Origin: an uncultured Nitrososphaeraceae archaeon
GTDB taxonomy: Archaea > Thermoproteota > Nitrososphaeria > Nitrososphaerales > Nitrososphaeraceae
Direction of reading: 5' to 3'
Length of the DNA stretch: 64,000 bases
Assembly (NCBI GenBank): GCA_963765895.1
Contig: CAVXZB010000023.1
Location: 128,001-192,000 of the forward strand
Shown here: in pieces, positions 1 to 11,763 of the stretch
Layout: each line of letters opens with the position of its first letter
Numbering within the stretch: the first letter of the stretch is position 1
The notes under the pieces: model-generated
Told to the model about the DNA's origin: nothing
The model's database searches: none
Seen by the model: only the letters and a program-made list of their open reading frames with translations
Translations under genes and position numbers: made by a program

Positions 1-319
1 TTTATGGGTCTAAATGGATAGTCTCTGATAGTGGCAGACTTTGGATTAAAAGATATGGCTTTTCAATTAGATGACTCCTATACGATTGATTACCGATATA
101 CTCAGGGATCTTAGTCAAGTTTGTTCTCGAATATATTTTTAGGCTTTGACCTACTGCGCATATTATTCATGTGTCCGAAGCTTACTATATGTTCATAGCC
201 CAAAGGCGACATAATTCATAGTTTAGATGCCTATCCCAGTCTAATTGATATTAATAGCACGCCTATTGTAGGCTGGTTCCAGTGACTAGTGTCGTTGAAT
301 TATCTTGAACTATCTTGAA

Positions 320-1892
320 TTATCTCATGTTCTTCACATATAGTAATGGCTCGTTGGTGACCTGAGAGGACCCAGTGAAGTATCCATGACCATCTCCGTC
401 GCAAGTAGTTGAAGCACTTGATGCGGAACTGGTAAGTGCGCTTTTTACTTCAGCTGGTGATGCATTTGGATGGGATGCCTTATAAAAGAGCAGCTGCCCC
501 AGCAACATAAGGAGCCGCCATACTCGTTCCACTTAATGTGGTATATGAGCTACCATAATAGGTTGATAAGATATTCACTCCAGGAGCGGCAATTGTTACC
601 TTGGGGCCATAATTACTAAATGTTGCAAATGTATCATCGTTGCCATACTGTGTAGCGGGGCCCAGTCCACCACATCTCCCGTCGCTATCGGCAATTGCAC
701 CGACGGCTATTACATTGGGGTTTGACGCCGGAGAAAAAGTAGAAGCATCCTCTCCACTGTTTCCAGCAGCAGTCACAAATGTAATTCCAGCAGTTACAGC
801 ATTATTTACCGCTGAATTGAGTGCGGTAGAATCGCACTTACATCCAAAACTCATATTCACAACATCAATTTCCTTGGCATGCTCTGTGATGTAATCTATT
901 CCAGCTATGACATCTGATAGTGCACCTGCTCCACTTCTGTCCAAGACCTTAACTGCCCAAAGTCTAGCACCTGGTGCTACACCAACTACGCCAATGGAGT
1001 TGTCCATTGCTCCTGCTATTCCCGCGACATGCGTTCCGTGACCATTGTCATCGTTAGCAGTGGAAGTCCCGGCGACAAATGTCTTTTGAGCATAAACATT
1101 CAGATCAGGATGGTTCATGTCTATGCCGGTGTCTAAAATCGCAATATCAGCGTTCACTGAGCTGCCTCTTGCTCTTTCAGATGGTGTTGTGGTGTTGGGG
1201 ACATTTGTATTGAGTGGACTAGCCCCTATTCTTTCTATTCCGGTCGGGACAATCTCGGAAAACATGCGCACCTTTTGATCCTGCTCCACCGTCTCCACTC
1301 TTGGGTCATCTTTTAGACTCGTCAAAAGATCTGGATTGTCGCCTACCTTTATGGTGTATCCACTTAAAGCATGACGATAAATATTGAGGATTTCTGCACC
1401 TCTACTTTTGATCTCACTAGCCATAGCTCTCATTTCTTTAATGTTTGAAATATCGGATTCTCCAGATGTAGACAAACTATTTGCCTCCTGCTTGAGGACT
1501 ACAATATACTGACCACCTATTTCCTGACGTGCTTCTTTTTGCAGAGTGAGCCTTGATGATATAGAATTCTGAAAAATATCTGTAGTGTTTAACGTTGGAT
1601 CTTTTTGATTATCTATTGATGTCTTATCCAGATTTGGAATTGAGCTAGGCATGACCTCTTGTACAGATGGCGCGACAGAACTGCTTGAAAATACTGTAGC
1701 ATCAGGATATTCTGATGACGGTAAATACCCTGATCTAGTGAATGAGATGCCTTCCTTCAGTTGTTTATCAGGAAATTGGTCTTGAAAAGCAAAGGCCGAA
1801 TAGTTCCGAGAATAGCCTATGATACTAAATGATGTTGAAAACAACGTGACTGCCAAGGCAAAAAAAAGCGCAGTCTTACTAATACAATTCAT
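320..1892 (-). CDS. Secreted subtilisin-like S8 serine protease with I9 propeptide (one frameshift near 485)
   Basis: Signal peptide and I9-type YIVVLK propeptide. Catalytic motifs ILDTGID, HGTHVAG, GTSMAAPYVAG. C-terminus YKASHPNASPAEVKSAL continues in ORF 320..532 after one extra T in a T run. Confidence 0.93.
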
Positions 1893-2353
1893 TCCTATTT
1901 ATGCACAGCTAATCCGTATAAATGAAATGTGACGGATAGTACCTGTTATTTTCTAGACACGAATTCTACTCTATAAAATTAGAACGTTTCCTAAGTAATC
2001 TATGCCTTCGTGGCCCACCCACCAACAATATATATTTGGAAGCCGTTAGGCAAGATCCAGTCAAAATGCTAAAATTAGTATATTTAACGTAATATTACCA
2101 GACGATATTGCATATTTGTGTCAGCTTACAAATACTGATTAAGATTGTAAGGCAATTGGGGTGAATGAAAGTTTCCAGAATGTTCACACAGTCTTGAATT
2201 ATATTATGTTAGAGATCTTGATTATATATAACAAACTAGGTTGCACCATAAAATCCAATGCAATAAAATTAGAATTGTTTACCTTAAAGTCTCTTTTCTC
2301 TTCGATCATGCTAAATAAGATACTGAAGTTCGATTGCCAATGGTCTGGCTACC

Positions 2354-2692
2354 TCACCTCTTAATTAGCTGTAATGCCAAGCCCTGCTGGTTTAGGTTAA
2401 CCTCCAAAGACTTTATCTTGCTCCTATAATAAAGGATCTTTTTCCCCTTGACATCGAATTGAATTTTCTCGATTGAAATTAGACCAGATTTCTGTAATTT
2501 TTGGATTTTCTTATACGTGGAGCTCAAAGGCAACCTGTATTCGCAGCATATTTCGGATGCAGTTTTGGGCGAATTCATTGTCGACGTTATTATACTGTAT
2601 GTCACCTTGTCGGCAATCTCTCTTAACATAAGCAGGACATTAGAATCATCATTTGGAATATACCTGTGTGAGTCTATCATGTTCATGTTCAT
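2354..2692 (-). CDS. ArsR-like winged-helix transcriptional regulator
   Basis: PKTASEIC...LPLSSTYKKIQKLQKSGLI...GKKILYYRS wHTH pattern typical of archaeal ArsR-like proteins. Confidence 0.8.
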   Translation of the reverse strand: MNMNMIDSHRYIPNDDSNVLLMLREIADKVTYSIITSTMNSPKTASEICCEYRLPLSSTYKKIQKLQKSGLISIEKIQFDVKGKKILYYRSKIKSLEVNLNQQGLALQLIKR

Positions 2693-2698
2693 GTCTTA

Positions 2699-2727
2699 TT
2701 AGGTTACACTAATTAGGTTTACCTAAT
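2699..2727. promoter_or_regulatory. Tandem palindromic operator (DtxR/IdeR-box-like) between TATA box and start of the wHTH gene
   Basis: TTAGGTTACACTAA followed directly by TTAGGTTTACCTAA. Minus-strand TATA (TTTAAATA) at about 2727-2734. Confidence 0.6.
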
Positions 2728-3059
2728 ATTTAAACGATGTACCATATGCAACATGGCTTTTGATACTCCTTATCATAATAAAAAAAGAAGGTTTGAAAAT
2801 GGATCTAGGAAAGGAATTAAATATGCATCACTTACCATGTAATAAAAGCATTGGAGAAAATACGAATAGACGTAGAAAAGAAATGATAAATAGGTATATT
2901 ATATTTTGTTGTTGTAGGCACAGGAAAAGATCTCTATTAACTACCTACTCGTCTATACGTCTTTAGGCCGAACCCACAGATCCAGATCGTACTCGGAAAA
3001 CCAAACTAATGATTTGCTTAAGATAATTACAGAACAGGTATCTCGTATTTAAACTACTA

Positions 3060-5758
3060 CTATTTCCTCTCGATATCAGCCATAGACTTTCTTGCACTTT
3101 CGATAGCCTTTGTTTTCCTTGGTTTAATCGCCAATATGTACACTGACCCTGCTATATAAACAGCAAGCAGGATTAGTTGAGCTACCACTGATTCAAGTGT
3201 AGGATGGATGCCAGTCATTTCTGCCAAATTTATATCAAATCTGGGAACGATCCCAATGAGACTAGTCGTCGAAATATACCCAATTTCCTGAAGTGAACGG
3301 ATTGCATTACCCAAAAATGCTATTGACATATACGCACCTACTGCCATAGTCAAACCAAACAATATTCGAAGAGGCAATTTTTTACCCAGTCTTCGAATAA
3401 CAAACACTATACCAATAATTATCGCCAGTCCGGAGATGAATCCAGCTATCACGTACCATTCCATATACTTTGCAAATGACAGCATAGCCTGATAAAATAG
3501 GACAGTCTCAAAACCCTCTCTATAAACGGTAAAGAAAGAAAGCATAATAAATACTATGACGCTACCAGTGGTAGTTGCCTTCCACACTTTTGCCTTTACA
3601 AATTCTATCCATTTTTTAGTTTCAATTTTATTCAGGACCCAGAAGCTAACCCAGAATAAAATTGCGACTGCAGAAATACCAGCTACTGCCTCAATAATTT
3701 CCCTACTTGCTCCTGATATTTCTATAATATATTGCGCAATAGACCACGTTGCAGCGGTTGCAGCAATGGCGACAAGAATACCATAATAAACATGCTTCTT
3801 AAACTTATTATTTCTGGATGCTTCCAAATAAGTCAGGATTGCTCCTATGATCAATGCTGATTCCAATCCTTCTCTGAATATTATCGAAAATGATGTAGAA
3901 AATGCAATCCCAGGTGCCACAACCCCAGTTCCTGATACTAGTCTCTCAGATTCATCCAGACCCTGTTTTATCTCAAAAACCTTGCTCTGAACCTTATCGT
4001 ATGGGGCGTGTACTTGAATTAGGTTTCGTAACTCGGCAAATTTTATTTCCATATCTAAGGTAAAGTCCGAATTAATAGGTCTTAATGGAATTTCTACACT
4101 TTCGTAGTTATCCAAATAAGCTGATCGAGATGTCAAGAATGCCTCATTATAATCACCCTTTTTATATATCGAAAGCATATCATCTAACTTGGACCCGATC
4201 TTGTCCACATCGTTTCGAACAATTCCTTTAGAGGATTCATCTGCCTGTCCTATACTCCGTCTATCTCCAGTATATACTCCAAAACCTTTGCTAAGAGCCT
4301 GAATGTTAGTAAGGTTTCTCTCGTTTGCTCCAATACCAGTGTTCAACGATCGAAGTGCCGCGGATGAAAGCTTACTATTAGAAGAGGAAAGGCCGCCAGA
4401 TATGGTTGAATCAATCTGCGATTTGCTTTTAAGAAGAAATTCCGCCTTTTTCAGGTTCTCGAGTATACCATTCACGTAGACACTAATTTTGCCTAGTGGG
4501 GCTTTCTTGGTAATCATTTCTCTAAGGTGTTCTCTCATTGCTAATTCAATGTCGATCTTAAGTTTATGATCGTACTTGTCGATTGGAGCTTCAAGATATT
4601 CAAAGTTATCCAAGTATGCCGTAACAACAGTATCATCGGCCTGGGCATAGTTTCCAGTCTTGATGTAGGCAATAGAGTTAGCTGAGATCAGTTCGGATAG
4701 TTGAAAAGTATTTAGCATTTTGATCTTGAGGTTGGTTTTTAGCGGAATTGGTAGTAGAATTTCCAACGCTATTCCCATTCGTATTAGTTTTGCCAGGATT
4801 AGTAGATGGAGAGGTTGTCAGCCACGGAGCAAGATCATTTTCTAATTCGGAAATCACTCTTGAAACCGTCTGCTTATCGGATCTTTTCACAACATTATTA
4901 GTGAGCTGAGTGTATGCTAATTTAATTTCAGAGTTCTTGTTATTATTCAAGGAAGCAGATGTATTCCCATAATTTAATTGGGATACATGAACCAAACCTA
5001 TCGCATTCTGATAATCAATATCAGTACCACCAACGTTTCGCTTGGCACCATTGGTGTTGTAATAGTTCGCAGTTCTTGTAGATGGTACCTGTTCAGGTGC
5101 CTTATTGGTTGATTGAGGCTGGCCTACGTTGGATAATTGATATGATCTATTTGCATCAAATAATAAGAGCGCCGCCGTTTGAGCAAGCAGACCATTACTT
5201 TTATCGGTTTTAAGTACCGGTCCCAGTATCTGATCATAGATTATGATCAGATCAGACCGAACCTCGATCAAGTTTCTCTTTGCAGTATCTAGATCCCCCG
5301 TTTTAATTGAGAACGTGATATCAGTCAATTCCGACTCGAGTTGCTTTGCCGAATTTGAAAAACCAGTCTTTTCGAGAATATTTTTGATAGATGGAAATAT
5401 GACGGAATGTGTAATATACGAGTGAGCAAAAGCCATATTCCTGTCTCCTGTTATTAGGCTTTGTTCAGCCAACATTAACTGCGTCCGGATCCTATCAAAG
5501 TTTGTCATTAAGATAATCGCGTCAGTATCATTAACCGCACCCTTCGATTTCCCTAATACCGCACCAGTATAAGCTGCCTGCCATAGGTCTTAGTTCAATC
5601 GCAGAACCAATATTCAGGGCACGGGCTCGATTCTCGAATATAGAGTATACAACGAGAATATTTGATATTAGCAGGAAAGCCACAATGATCCTACTAATCT
5701 GAGATCTTTTATGCCTGGTCAAATTCGAGTTGTTGGGTGTAGGGGTCTTTATCTCCAT
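3060..5758 (-). CDS. ftr1: Ftr1-family high-affinity iron permease with long extracellular N-terminal region (split over ORFs 5531..5758, 4678..5508, 3060..4778 by two frameshifts)
   Basis: Two RExxE motifs (FREGLES, YREGFET) in a multi-TM C-terminus. N-terminal anchor helix in the first ORF. Repeated AYLDN(F/Y)E helical domains. Frames join with single-base indels near 5590 and 4685. Confidence 0.9.
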
Positions 5759-5867
5759 GTTGTCCGGTCACTCAAGCTGCTAATTCCATATCATCCCCCA
5801 AGTTTAATGGGAACAATATTGCATTATGAGGTTCTCTATTATTGATACCTCTTATAAATTCTAGCTC

Positions 5868-5887
5868 CATTCTCTAGGTTGAGAATG
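5868..5887. promoter_or_regulatory. Palindrome ATTCTC-N6-GAGAAT upstream of the ftr1 TATA box
   Basis: CATTCTC-TAGGTT-GAGAATG. Minus-strand TATA TTTATAAG at 5851-5858. Confidence 0.6.
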
Positions 5888-6249
5888 CTTTACTACACAC
5901 CTCACCATTGGTAATTGAAGTGGAGGTGTAGCCTTACAGGGAGTCCTACTATGCACAATTGAAATATAGACATTAGGTTCGGCCAGATTTATTTATCAAA
6001 GTCGAAAAACGCTGTCCGCTAGAGTTAATATTTATTGATTTGAGTATCAACATTACGACAAATAATTAGGGTAAAGTAAGCATTTAGTAGAGCGGACCCA
6101 AATTTAAGCATGTCTTTTCAAATAATGCAAATATCTATTCTACTAATGAACCAGACTTTGCTAATATTCGAGTTTACCAGATGGATAGCAATTTGGGTTT
6201 ATCCTACCGTGGCCCCTTTAGGCAGTCGTGGATTTATAAGCGCAATTCT

Positions 6250-6267
6250 CCTCTCGGATGTGAGAAT
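6250..6267. promoter_or_regulatory. Degenerate ATTCTC-N6-GAGAAT site upstream of the DUF2024 gene
   Basis: CCTCTC-GGATGT-GAGAAT. TATA-like TTAAATA at 6280-6286. Confidence 0.45.
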
Positions 6268-6308
6268 CATCCAAATAAATTAAATATCGTCTTTGTACAG
6301 TCCTATTC

Positions 6309-6569
6309 ATGGATTGCGCAGTATATGATACTTATGTAGAGAAGAAAGATGGCAAAGTGATGCATTTTGATGTGATTGTTGAGAAGAGTACGCCGCATGA
6401 AAGGGCAATCGAATATGGCAAAAGCTATTTGGAGAGTGTAGGCCAAGGAGGTCAAAACATGACCCAGGAAGAATGCCAATTTTGTCATATTCAAAGAGCG
6501 CCAGATACAGTTGAGAAGGAGATATCCTCTAGTGGATATTATATACAAGAGATGGAAGGCTGCCAATAG
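6309..6569 (+). CDS. DUF2024 family protein
   Basis: VYDTYVEKKDGKVMHFDVIV, CQFCH and YYIQEMEGC motifs characteristic of DUF2024. Confidence 0.88.
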   Translation: MDCAVYDTYVEKKDGKVMHFDVIVEKSTPHERAIEYGKSYLESVGQGGQNMTQEECQFCHIQRAPDTVEKEISSSGYYIQEMEGCQ

Positions 6570-6837
6570 ATAAGAAAAATAAAACAAAAATTCATTTTTT
6601 GAGTTAAATCATTCAGTTAAGTCCTATTTTTTATAAATAATATCTAACTTTAGACTTTTCTATTATCAACTACTTCAAAATTTATTTGCTGCATTTCTAT
6701 AGCGAATTACAAGGTAGGTTGGTGATGGCAAAGCAAAGAGGAAATAAAAATGTATCAAATTAAATGTATTCTTATATAATTAAGAACACAGATCGCGTAA
6801 TTGAGGCACGCATACCAAACTTTGGTACTTCGCTAGT

Positions 6838-8133
6838 CTAATCAGTGATCTTTATGTCGTATTGCAATAGCAGACTGTCCAAGTACCTCTGGAATCTTCC
6901 GTTAGATATTATGTCGTCTGAATAGATTCCCAGGGCGATCACTCTCCCCTTTTCATAACCAAGTTCATAGGAAGCGACTATAGGCTTTGCGTGAAATAAA
7001 GATTCAGGAACCGAGGCATTGTAATTCAGGAGGACAATATCTCTAGGATTGGTCACATATTGTTCTTCGTGAGGCTTATATCCAAATGGATCATTAACAA
7101 ATCTGCTTACACATTTATAACATAAGTAGTTGCTACCCACCCACTGCGATGTTTCGCTTTTCCATCTCTCATTGATGCTTTTCCACGCAGATCTCCCGTT
7201 AAATGTCCACCCATGTCCTTTTACCAATGTTACATTTTGACTATTTCTGTCATATTTTACCTGAGCAAAGAACACATTTCCATCCAAAATAATCATAGTC
7301 CCCCCATGTACAACAAATTGTTTTAGGTTATTATATTCTTGTTGGGTAACATATTCTTGATGTCCCAGAATTATTACATCGAAGGCATTAGTATCAGTCG
7401 TATCCTGATTCTTTTTAAAAATTGATCCCTCATCTACGTCAGCATCTGACATTACTGTAATATTGGAATCTTGTGTCAACCATTTGAGATTACTAAGCAA
7501 ATTAAGCATTGTAAAAGCTGATTTGGCCGACGGAGAGGTCAAATTGGTGTTGGTACCAATCACTTTGCTTGAGAGCAGTTTTAGATCGCTGGTCACATTG
7601 ACCTTTGGCAGTGTTTCACCATACTTTTTGTAAAACAAATAAAAAGCATGATTATAAGCTGCCGTTGTAAAAGTGGGATTAATAAGAGCAATCCTTATGC
7701 CGGCGCCGAACTCGTCGGTGTGTGTATTGTTATCTGGGGTTGATAACTCTCTCTTGTCTTTGGAGAAGGTATAATAGGCGTTACTATTATTTTCACCCTT
7801 CCTTCCCATATTCGTGACATTGTTCTTTTCTGAGCCGATAGTCGAAGGTGCGCGTGACGAGAGATTGGAATTATCACCGTTCCTCATACTCTCAACTACT
7901 GACAGCGGCGAGTCTGGCTTGTGAATATATGACGAGTTAGAAATACTTTCCGGCTTTCGTAATAATAGCAAATGATTTAGAGTTGTATTTCGTTGTTCAC
8001 CACTGATATTTTGTGCAAAACCTGGTCTGATCTGCGAGAACCCTGTTTCACTCTGGATAAATATGAATGCCAAAGTCAATACTATAGCAATTAGTGGCAT
8101 ACCTATCCTAACTATAAAAGAAGAATTTTTCAT
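6838..8133 (-). CDS. Exported protein with N,N-dimethylformamidase beta-subunit-like (GATase-like) domain
   Basis: N-terminal TM/signal helix and low-complexity linker. PTFTTAAY, DVIILGHQEYVT and GGTMIILDGNVF motifs. Confidence 0.65.
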   Translation of the reverse strand: MKNSSFIVRIGMPLIAIVLTLAFIFIQSETGFSQIRPGFAQNISGEQRNTTLNHLLLLRKPESISNSSYIHKPDSPLSVVESMRNGDNSNLSSRAPSTIGSEKNNVTNMGRKGENNSNAYYTFSKDKRELSTPDNNTHTDEFGAGIRIALINPTFTTAAYNHAFYLFYKKYGETLPKVNVTSDLKLLSSKVIGTNTNLTSPSAKSAFTMLNLLSNLKWLTQDSNITVMSDADVDEGSIFKKNQDTTDTNAFDVIILGHQEYVTQQEYNNLKQFVVHGGTMIILDGNVFFAQVKYDRNSQNVTLVKGHGWTFNGRSAWKSINERWKSETSQWVGSNYLCYKCVSRFVNDPFGYKPHEEQYVTNPRDIVLLNYNASVPESLFHAKPIVASYELGYEKGRVIALGIYSDDIISNGRFQRYLDSLLLQYDIKITD

Positions 8134-8311
8134 TTATCTATCATGCAAACCTTCCACTTTTCGACTTCCATGCTAACGTTACAGATTCATGATTCTTCAA
8201 ATTCTTTGTCTATGTCTCTTTTCTACCATCGGCATATCTATTCAAGTGTCCCGCTCATTAAACTTGCAGATCGGTAAAGATCTGCACGTCTTATAATTAA
8301 AGAGTGGTGCG

Positions 8312-8329
8312 ATTCTCATAGTTGAGAAT
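8312..8329. promoter_or_regulatory. Palindrome ATTCTC-N6-GAGAAT upstream of the 6838..8133 gene
   Basis: ATTCTC-ATAGTT-GAGAAT. Minus-strand TATA-like TTAATTATAA at 8291-8300. Confidence 0.6.
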
Positions 8330-8562
8330 TATTACATAGTACCAATTGACATATATTTTATAAGCAAATAGTGAATTGCGAGATCTAATGAATTTAATAT
8401 AATCGACCAGACAGGCTTACAAATCGTAGCTATTTGACAGTATATCCAAATATCAAGTGAACAAATATACAAAAAGGATCAAGCACACATGTTTCAAAAT
8501 AAGACTGATCAGAAGTAAAAAATTAAGAGATAAGAGGTGTTCAAACTACTAAAATATGCTAG

Positions 8563-9294
8563 CTAGTACTGCATAGTAGCTATTTTAGACGTTTGATCGG
8601 GTCTATATTTATTCCAAAGTAGTCCAAAGAATATCCCAATCAGAGCAAAGAATATTGCCATGGTGACTCCAGTCAAGATTCTAAAAGTGTTGACCACACT
8701 CATTGGTATTTCAATTTTATCTGGATTCGGCGGCCAAGTAAGATACATTGTGGCAATCGATATCAAATACAATGCTGGTACAATATACGAAATATTATTA
8801 ACTCTCCTGAACTTGAAGAATATGACACCCATGGCAACAGCTACTATTACTGACGTTATTTGATACGTAGTGTATAGATGTTGTCTCAGACTAATAGTAT
8901 CAGGATTCCCTACAGCTGGAGGATTCGGCGGGTACTTGCTAAATGGAACTAGATAAATTGCGAGATACATCAGTCCCACTAAAAGAATCGCCTTCTTTCT
9001 ATCATCAGAAAATGGCAGGTATTTTCTAACAAAAATATAGGTAATTCCTAGTAAACCTCCGTATGCCATTCCTATAAATGCCCCTGCGGCAAACGTACCT
9101 GACTTTTGCCATATCCTGTAAGAATTTAATGCACCAAAATCAACTTTTTCTCCTTTGGCAATGTCTTTCTGAGTTTCAAAATTAATCGCCTTGTCAGTTG
9201 AGGGTTCCACCACGAATAAATTTATACCCGCTAAAATCTCGCCTGCTATAATGCCAGAGACAAGAGAGATAACAATGAAAAGAAGAGTTCTCAT
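8563..9294 (-). CDS. cbtA: CbtA-family putative cobalt transporter subunit
   Basis: VEPSTDKAINFE, VPFSKYPPNPPAVGNPDTI signature, multiple TM helices, directly downstream of cbtB. Confidence 0.9.
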   Translation of the reverse strand: MRTLLFIVISLVSGIIAGEILAGINLFVVEPSTDKAINFETQKDIAKGEKVDFGALNSYRIWQKSGTFAAGAFIGMAYGGLLGITYIFVRKYLPFSDDRKKAILLVGLMYLAIYLVPFSKYPPNPPAVGNPDTISLRQHLYTTYQITSVIVAVAMGVIFFKFRRVNNISYIVPALYLISIATMYLTWPPNPDKIEIPMSVVNTFRILTGVTMAIFFALIGIFFGLLWNKYRPDQTSKIATMQY

Positions 9295-9328
9295 ATAATC
9301 ACTACTGTCATGTTTTCAAAAAAAGAAG

Positions 9329-9548
9329 TCAGTGACATGGAAATCCTGATTCATGTCTTATATCATGTACGAATTCGTGTAGCCACATATTATCGTACGC
9401 AGATTTACCCTGTACTAGACTAAAAATCTGACCAGTATCATATCCTACTGCAAACAAGCTAAAAAGTGACTATTCCGGCTAATATGCCTACGCCTATGAT
9501 TGGAACTTGTCGTCTATGGATTGTTCTTTGATCTTGGCTAAGACTCAT
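9329..9548 (-). CDS. cbtB: CbtB-family putative cobalt transporter small subunit (not in ORF track; one extra base in run at 9461-9465)
   Basis: Manual translation MSLSQDQRTIHRRQVPIIGVGILAGIVTF/SLFAVGYDTGQ...WLHEFVHDIRHESGFPCH*, carrying the CbtB HExxHDxRH..GFPCH terminus. Confidence 0.9.
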
Positions 9549-9855
9549 TCTCAGTATTGTAGAAATTGTTAATATATAAAGTCTTGTATAGTTTATCCAA
9601 CATAGATATGGCTTGATTAGTCAATATACTTGCGGAGATTTTCATAACAAAAACTAGTAAGTTATCATTGAGACGAAGTGAACAGCTTTAACACAATGAG
9701 ATGTGTGAAAACATCACAACATTTAGCATGTAATATCCAATAAAGCGAGCAAGCTCATGCAGATAAGAATAGAGTCATTGCCATCACTTTAATACAAAAG
9801 AGAGTGACCATGGCTCTTCTCAATCGTCTTTAGGCTCTGCTGCCTCCCTGTGAAA

Positions 9856-10115
9856 TGTTAAAGCCATTCGTACTTCTGAAATCAAGAAAGGTATGGATAG
9901 CGGTAAGTATTGTCGTCATTGTTGTAGTTATTGGGTCCCACTCTTGTGGGATCGTTTTCAAATACTACCAGAGCTGCCCCTATTTTTCAATTGAGAACGA
10001 TAGACGGAAATCGCATATCGTTGACATCATTTAGGGGAAAGCTTGTAAGACTCTGGTTTATGGCAGCTTGTCCTACATGCGTAGGCCAAAGTGAAGCACA
10101 AGGTTTTATCATATT
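9856..10115 (+). pseudogene. Truncated membrane-anchored redoxin (TlpA/ResA-like)
   Basis: TM helix, then APIFQLRTIDGNRISLTSFRGK..WFMAACPTC. Frameshifted, and similarity is lost shortly after the CxxC. Confidence 0.65.
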
Positions 10116-10560
10116 TCTAACTTATGCATTAGAAGTGGATATCATGATGACCATAATATCGACACTACGGGGCATCTCAAATCAGAAATTTGCTAGGCAT
10201 ATCCAAAAAAATTGGCGCATAATATAAACACAATAACTAGCGTGAATCTAATTGTAGCAGGAACCTATCTGGTTTATTATAATATAGTAATCTGTAAATT
10301 AATAGTGGCATAAGTTCAAGATCGTTAGGTTCTCACATAGTTAATCAATTGAATACAATCTTAAGATAACATTCAAAGAAATGGATAATTGATTTACCCC
10401 TTAAAGATGTCTACCAAACGTACCAAAATACTACCTCATCCTTTGAATGGGACATTCGCTCAATTGACTTATCCTATCAGTTACTAATTAAAGGTTTCAA
10501 TTGACATCAAGTAGGTCGATCTCATTAATTCGTCTGACAACTAGGCTCCGCATATCTTTT

Positions 10561-11208
10561 TTACTCAGCATGGTTTTCGTGATTCATGATTGTCAATAAT
10601 GCTGCACTCTTAGAAGCTAGCTCAGCAGTTCTTGGATCCGATTCATCGCTGCCGACTATTATTACGTCGCCACTTTCAGGTATCAAACTCGTGACCAGCA
10701 ATTTGTATATTCGTATTTCATTTCTTAATGAATCATATCCAGTAAGAGGGATTACAAATTTTCGATCGATATATAATAGAGTCGTGGCTCCCAATGCCCC
10801 CATTTTTACTGCTGCATCTCTTTGTTCGATTCCGGATTTTATTCCATAGTCGAGATGCTTTACTAACACACCATAGTTATATTTGCCCAATGCGACAGAG
10901 CATTTTGGAATGACGCATTCTGTAGGGATGGAAGCATGCAACTGTGAAAAGAGATCAACGCCCTTTTCGGATAACTTGGTTCCAGTATTACTAGTGAATA
11001 TCAAGTCTTGCATTTTCAAGTGTTTTACTAAAGTCTTGATCGACCCTTCACCTAAATTAAGTTCCTTGCAGAGCAATCCCCTACTGATATGACCCTTATA
11101 ATGCATTAGCTGCAACGTTTTAAATATATGTGCCATATCATAAGAAAGAATCCTACTCGGCGCATATCTGCTTGATATTTCTTGTAAGGTCTTAACGTAA
11201 GTATGCAT
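10561..11208 (-). CDS. DUF4443-domain winged-helix protein (putative regulator)
   Basis: ISRGLLCKELNLGEGSIKTLVKHL wHTH; GIEQRDAAVKMGALGATTL C-terminal domain. Confidence 0.8.
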   Translation of the reverse strand: MHTYVKTLQEISSRYAPSRILSYDMAHIFKTLQLMHYKGHISRGLLCKELNLGEGSIKTLVKHLKMQDLIFTSNTGTKLSEKGVDLFSQLHASIPTECVIPKCSVALGKYNYGVLVKHLDYGIKSGIEQRDAAVKMGALGATTLLYIDRKFVIPLTGYDSLRNEIRIYKLLVTSLIPESGDVIIVGSDESDPRTAELASKSAALLTIMNHENHAE

Positions 11209-11763
11209 TCTTGTCCTATCGATAATATTATTACCTTCGCATATTAATTTATTTCAAGAATTTATCCAACGTTGCATCTTTTCTGCCTGAATTTTTAGGG
11301 ACTTTCTTACATCGGATTTAGTCGTACAAAAATCGTGAAATTAATTTTATTCGACCAAACTAAAGTAATCTGTTGAATAGTATCTTTAGAAGTTTTAATT
11401 GCTTTAGATCTAGCCAACCAACCGATGAGAATATTGAAAACTATACTGAGTAGCATAATTTCGTATATCTACAAAAGAGTTTAAACATAGAGTAGGATAG
11501 GATGACTGATTTTGATGAATTTATGTTAAGGAGTTTTGATATTCATTAGAGATTCACCGTCATTAATATGATAGACACTTTGGAATAAGGAGATTTGAAT
11601 TGGGGGCAATCTAGGCAGCATCAGTTGCCAGTTTCATTGGAATCTACCTGTTTGTCTTGACAGTACTCAATTTTGTTCAGAAAAGATACAGCTAGACAAT
11701 AAGTATTTCATCATCGGCAAGACATTAGTAATCAATTAGCAGGTTCCCATTTTAAATAATAAT

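Noticed and set aside
295-325. Short tandem duplications (also about 47090-47110 and 54524-54548)
   Set aside because: Two to three copies in AT-rich DNA, consistent with ordinary slippage.
480-490. Programmed ribosomal frameshifting at split genes
   Set aside because: No shared slippery heptamer or stimulatory structure; better explained by sequencing indels.
5893-5931. Imperfect hairpin between ftr1 and DUF2024
   Set aside because: Bulged, lies upstream of both TATA boxes, and has no supporting evidence.
9549-9850. Cobalamin riboswitch upstream of cbtB
   Set aside because: No B12-box; the TATA box is directly upstream of the start.
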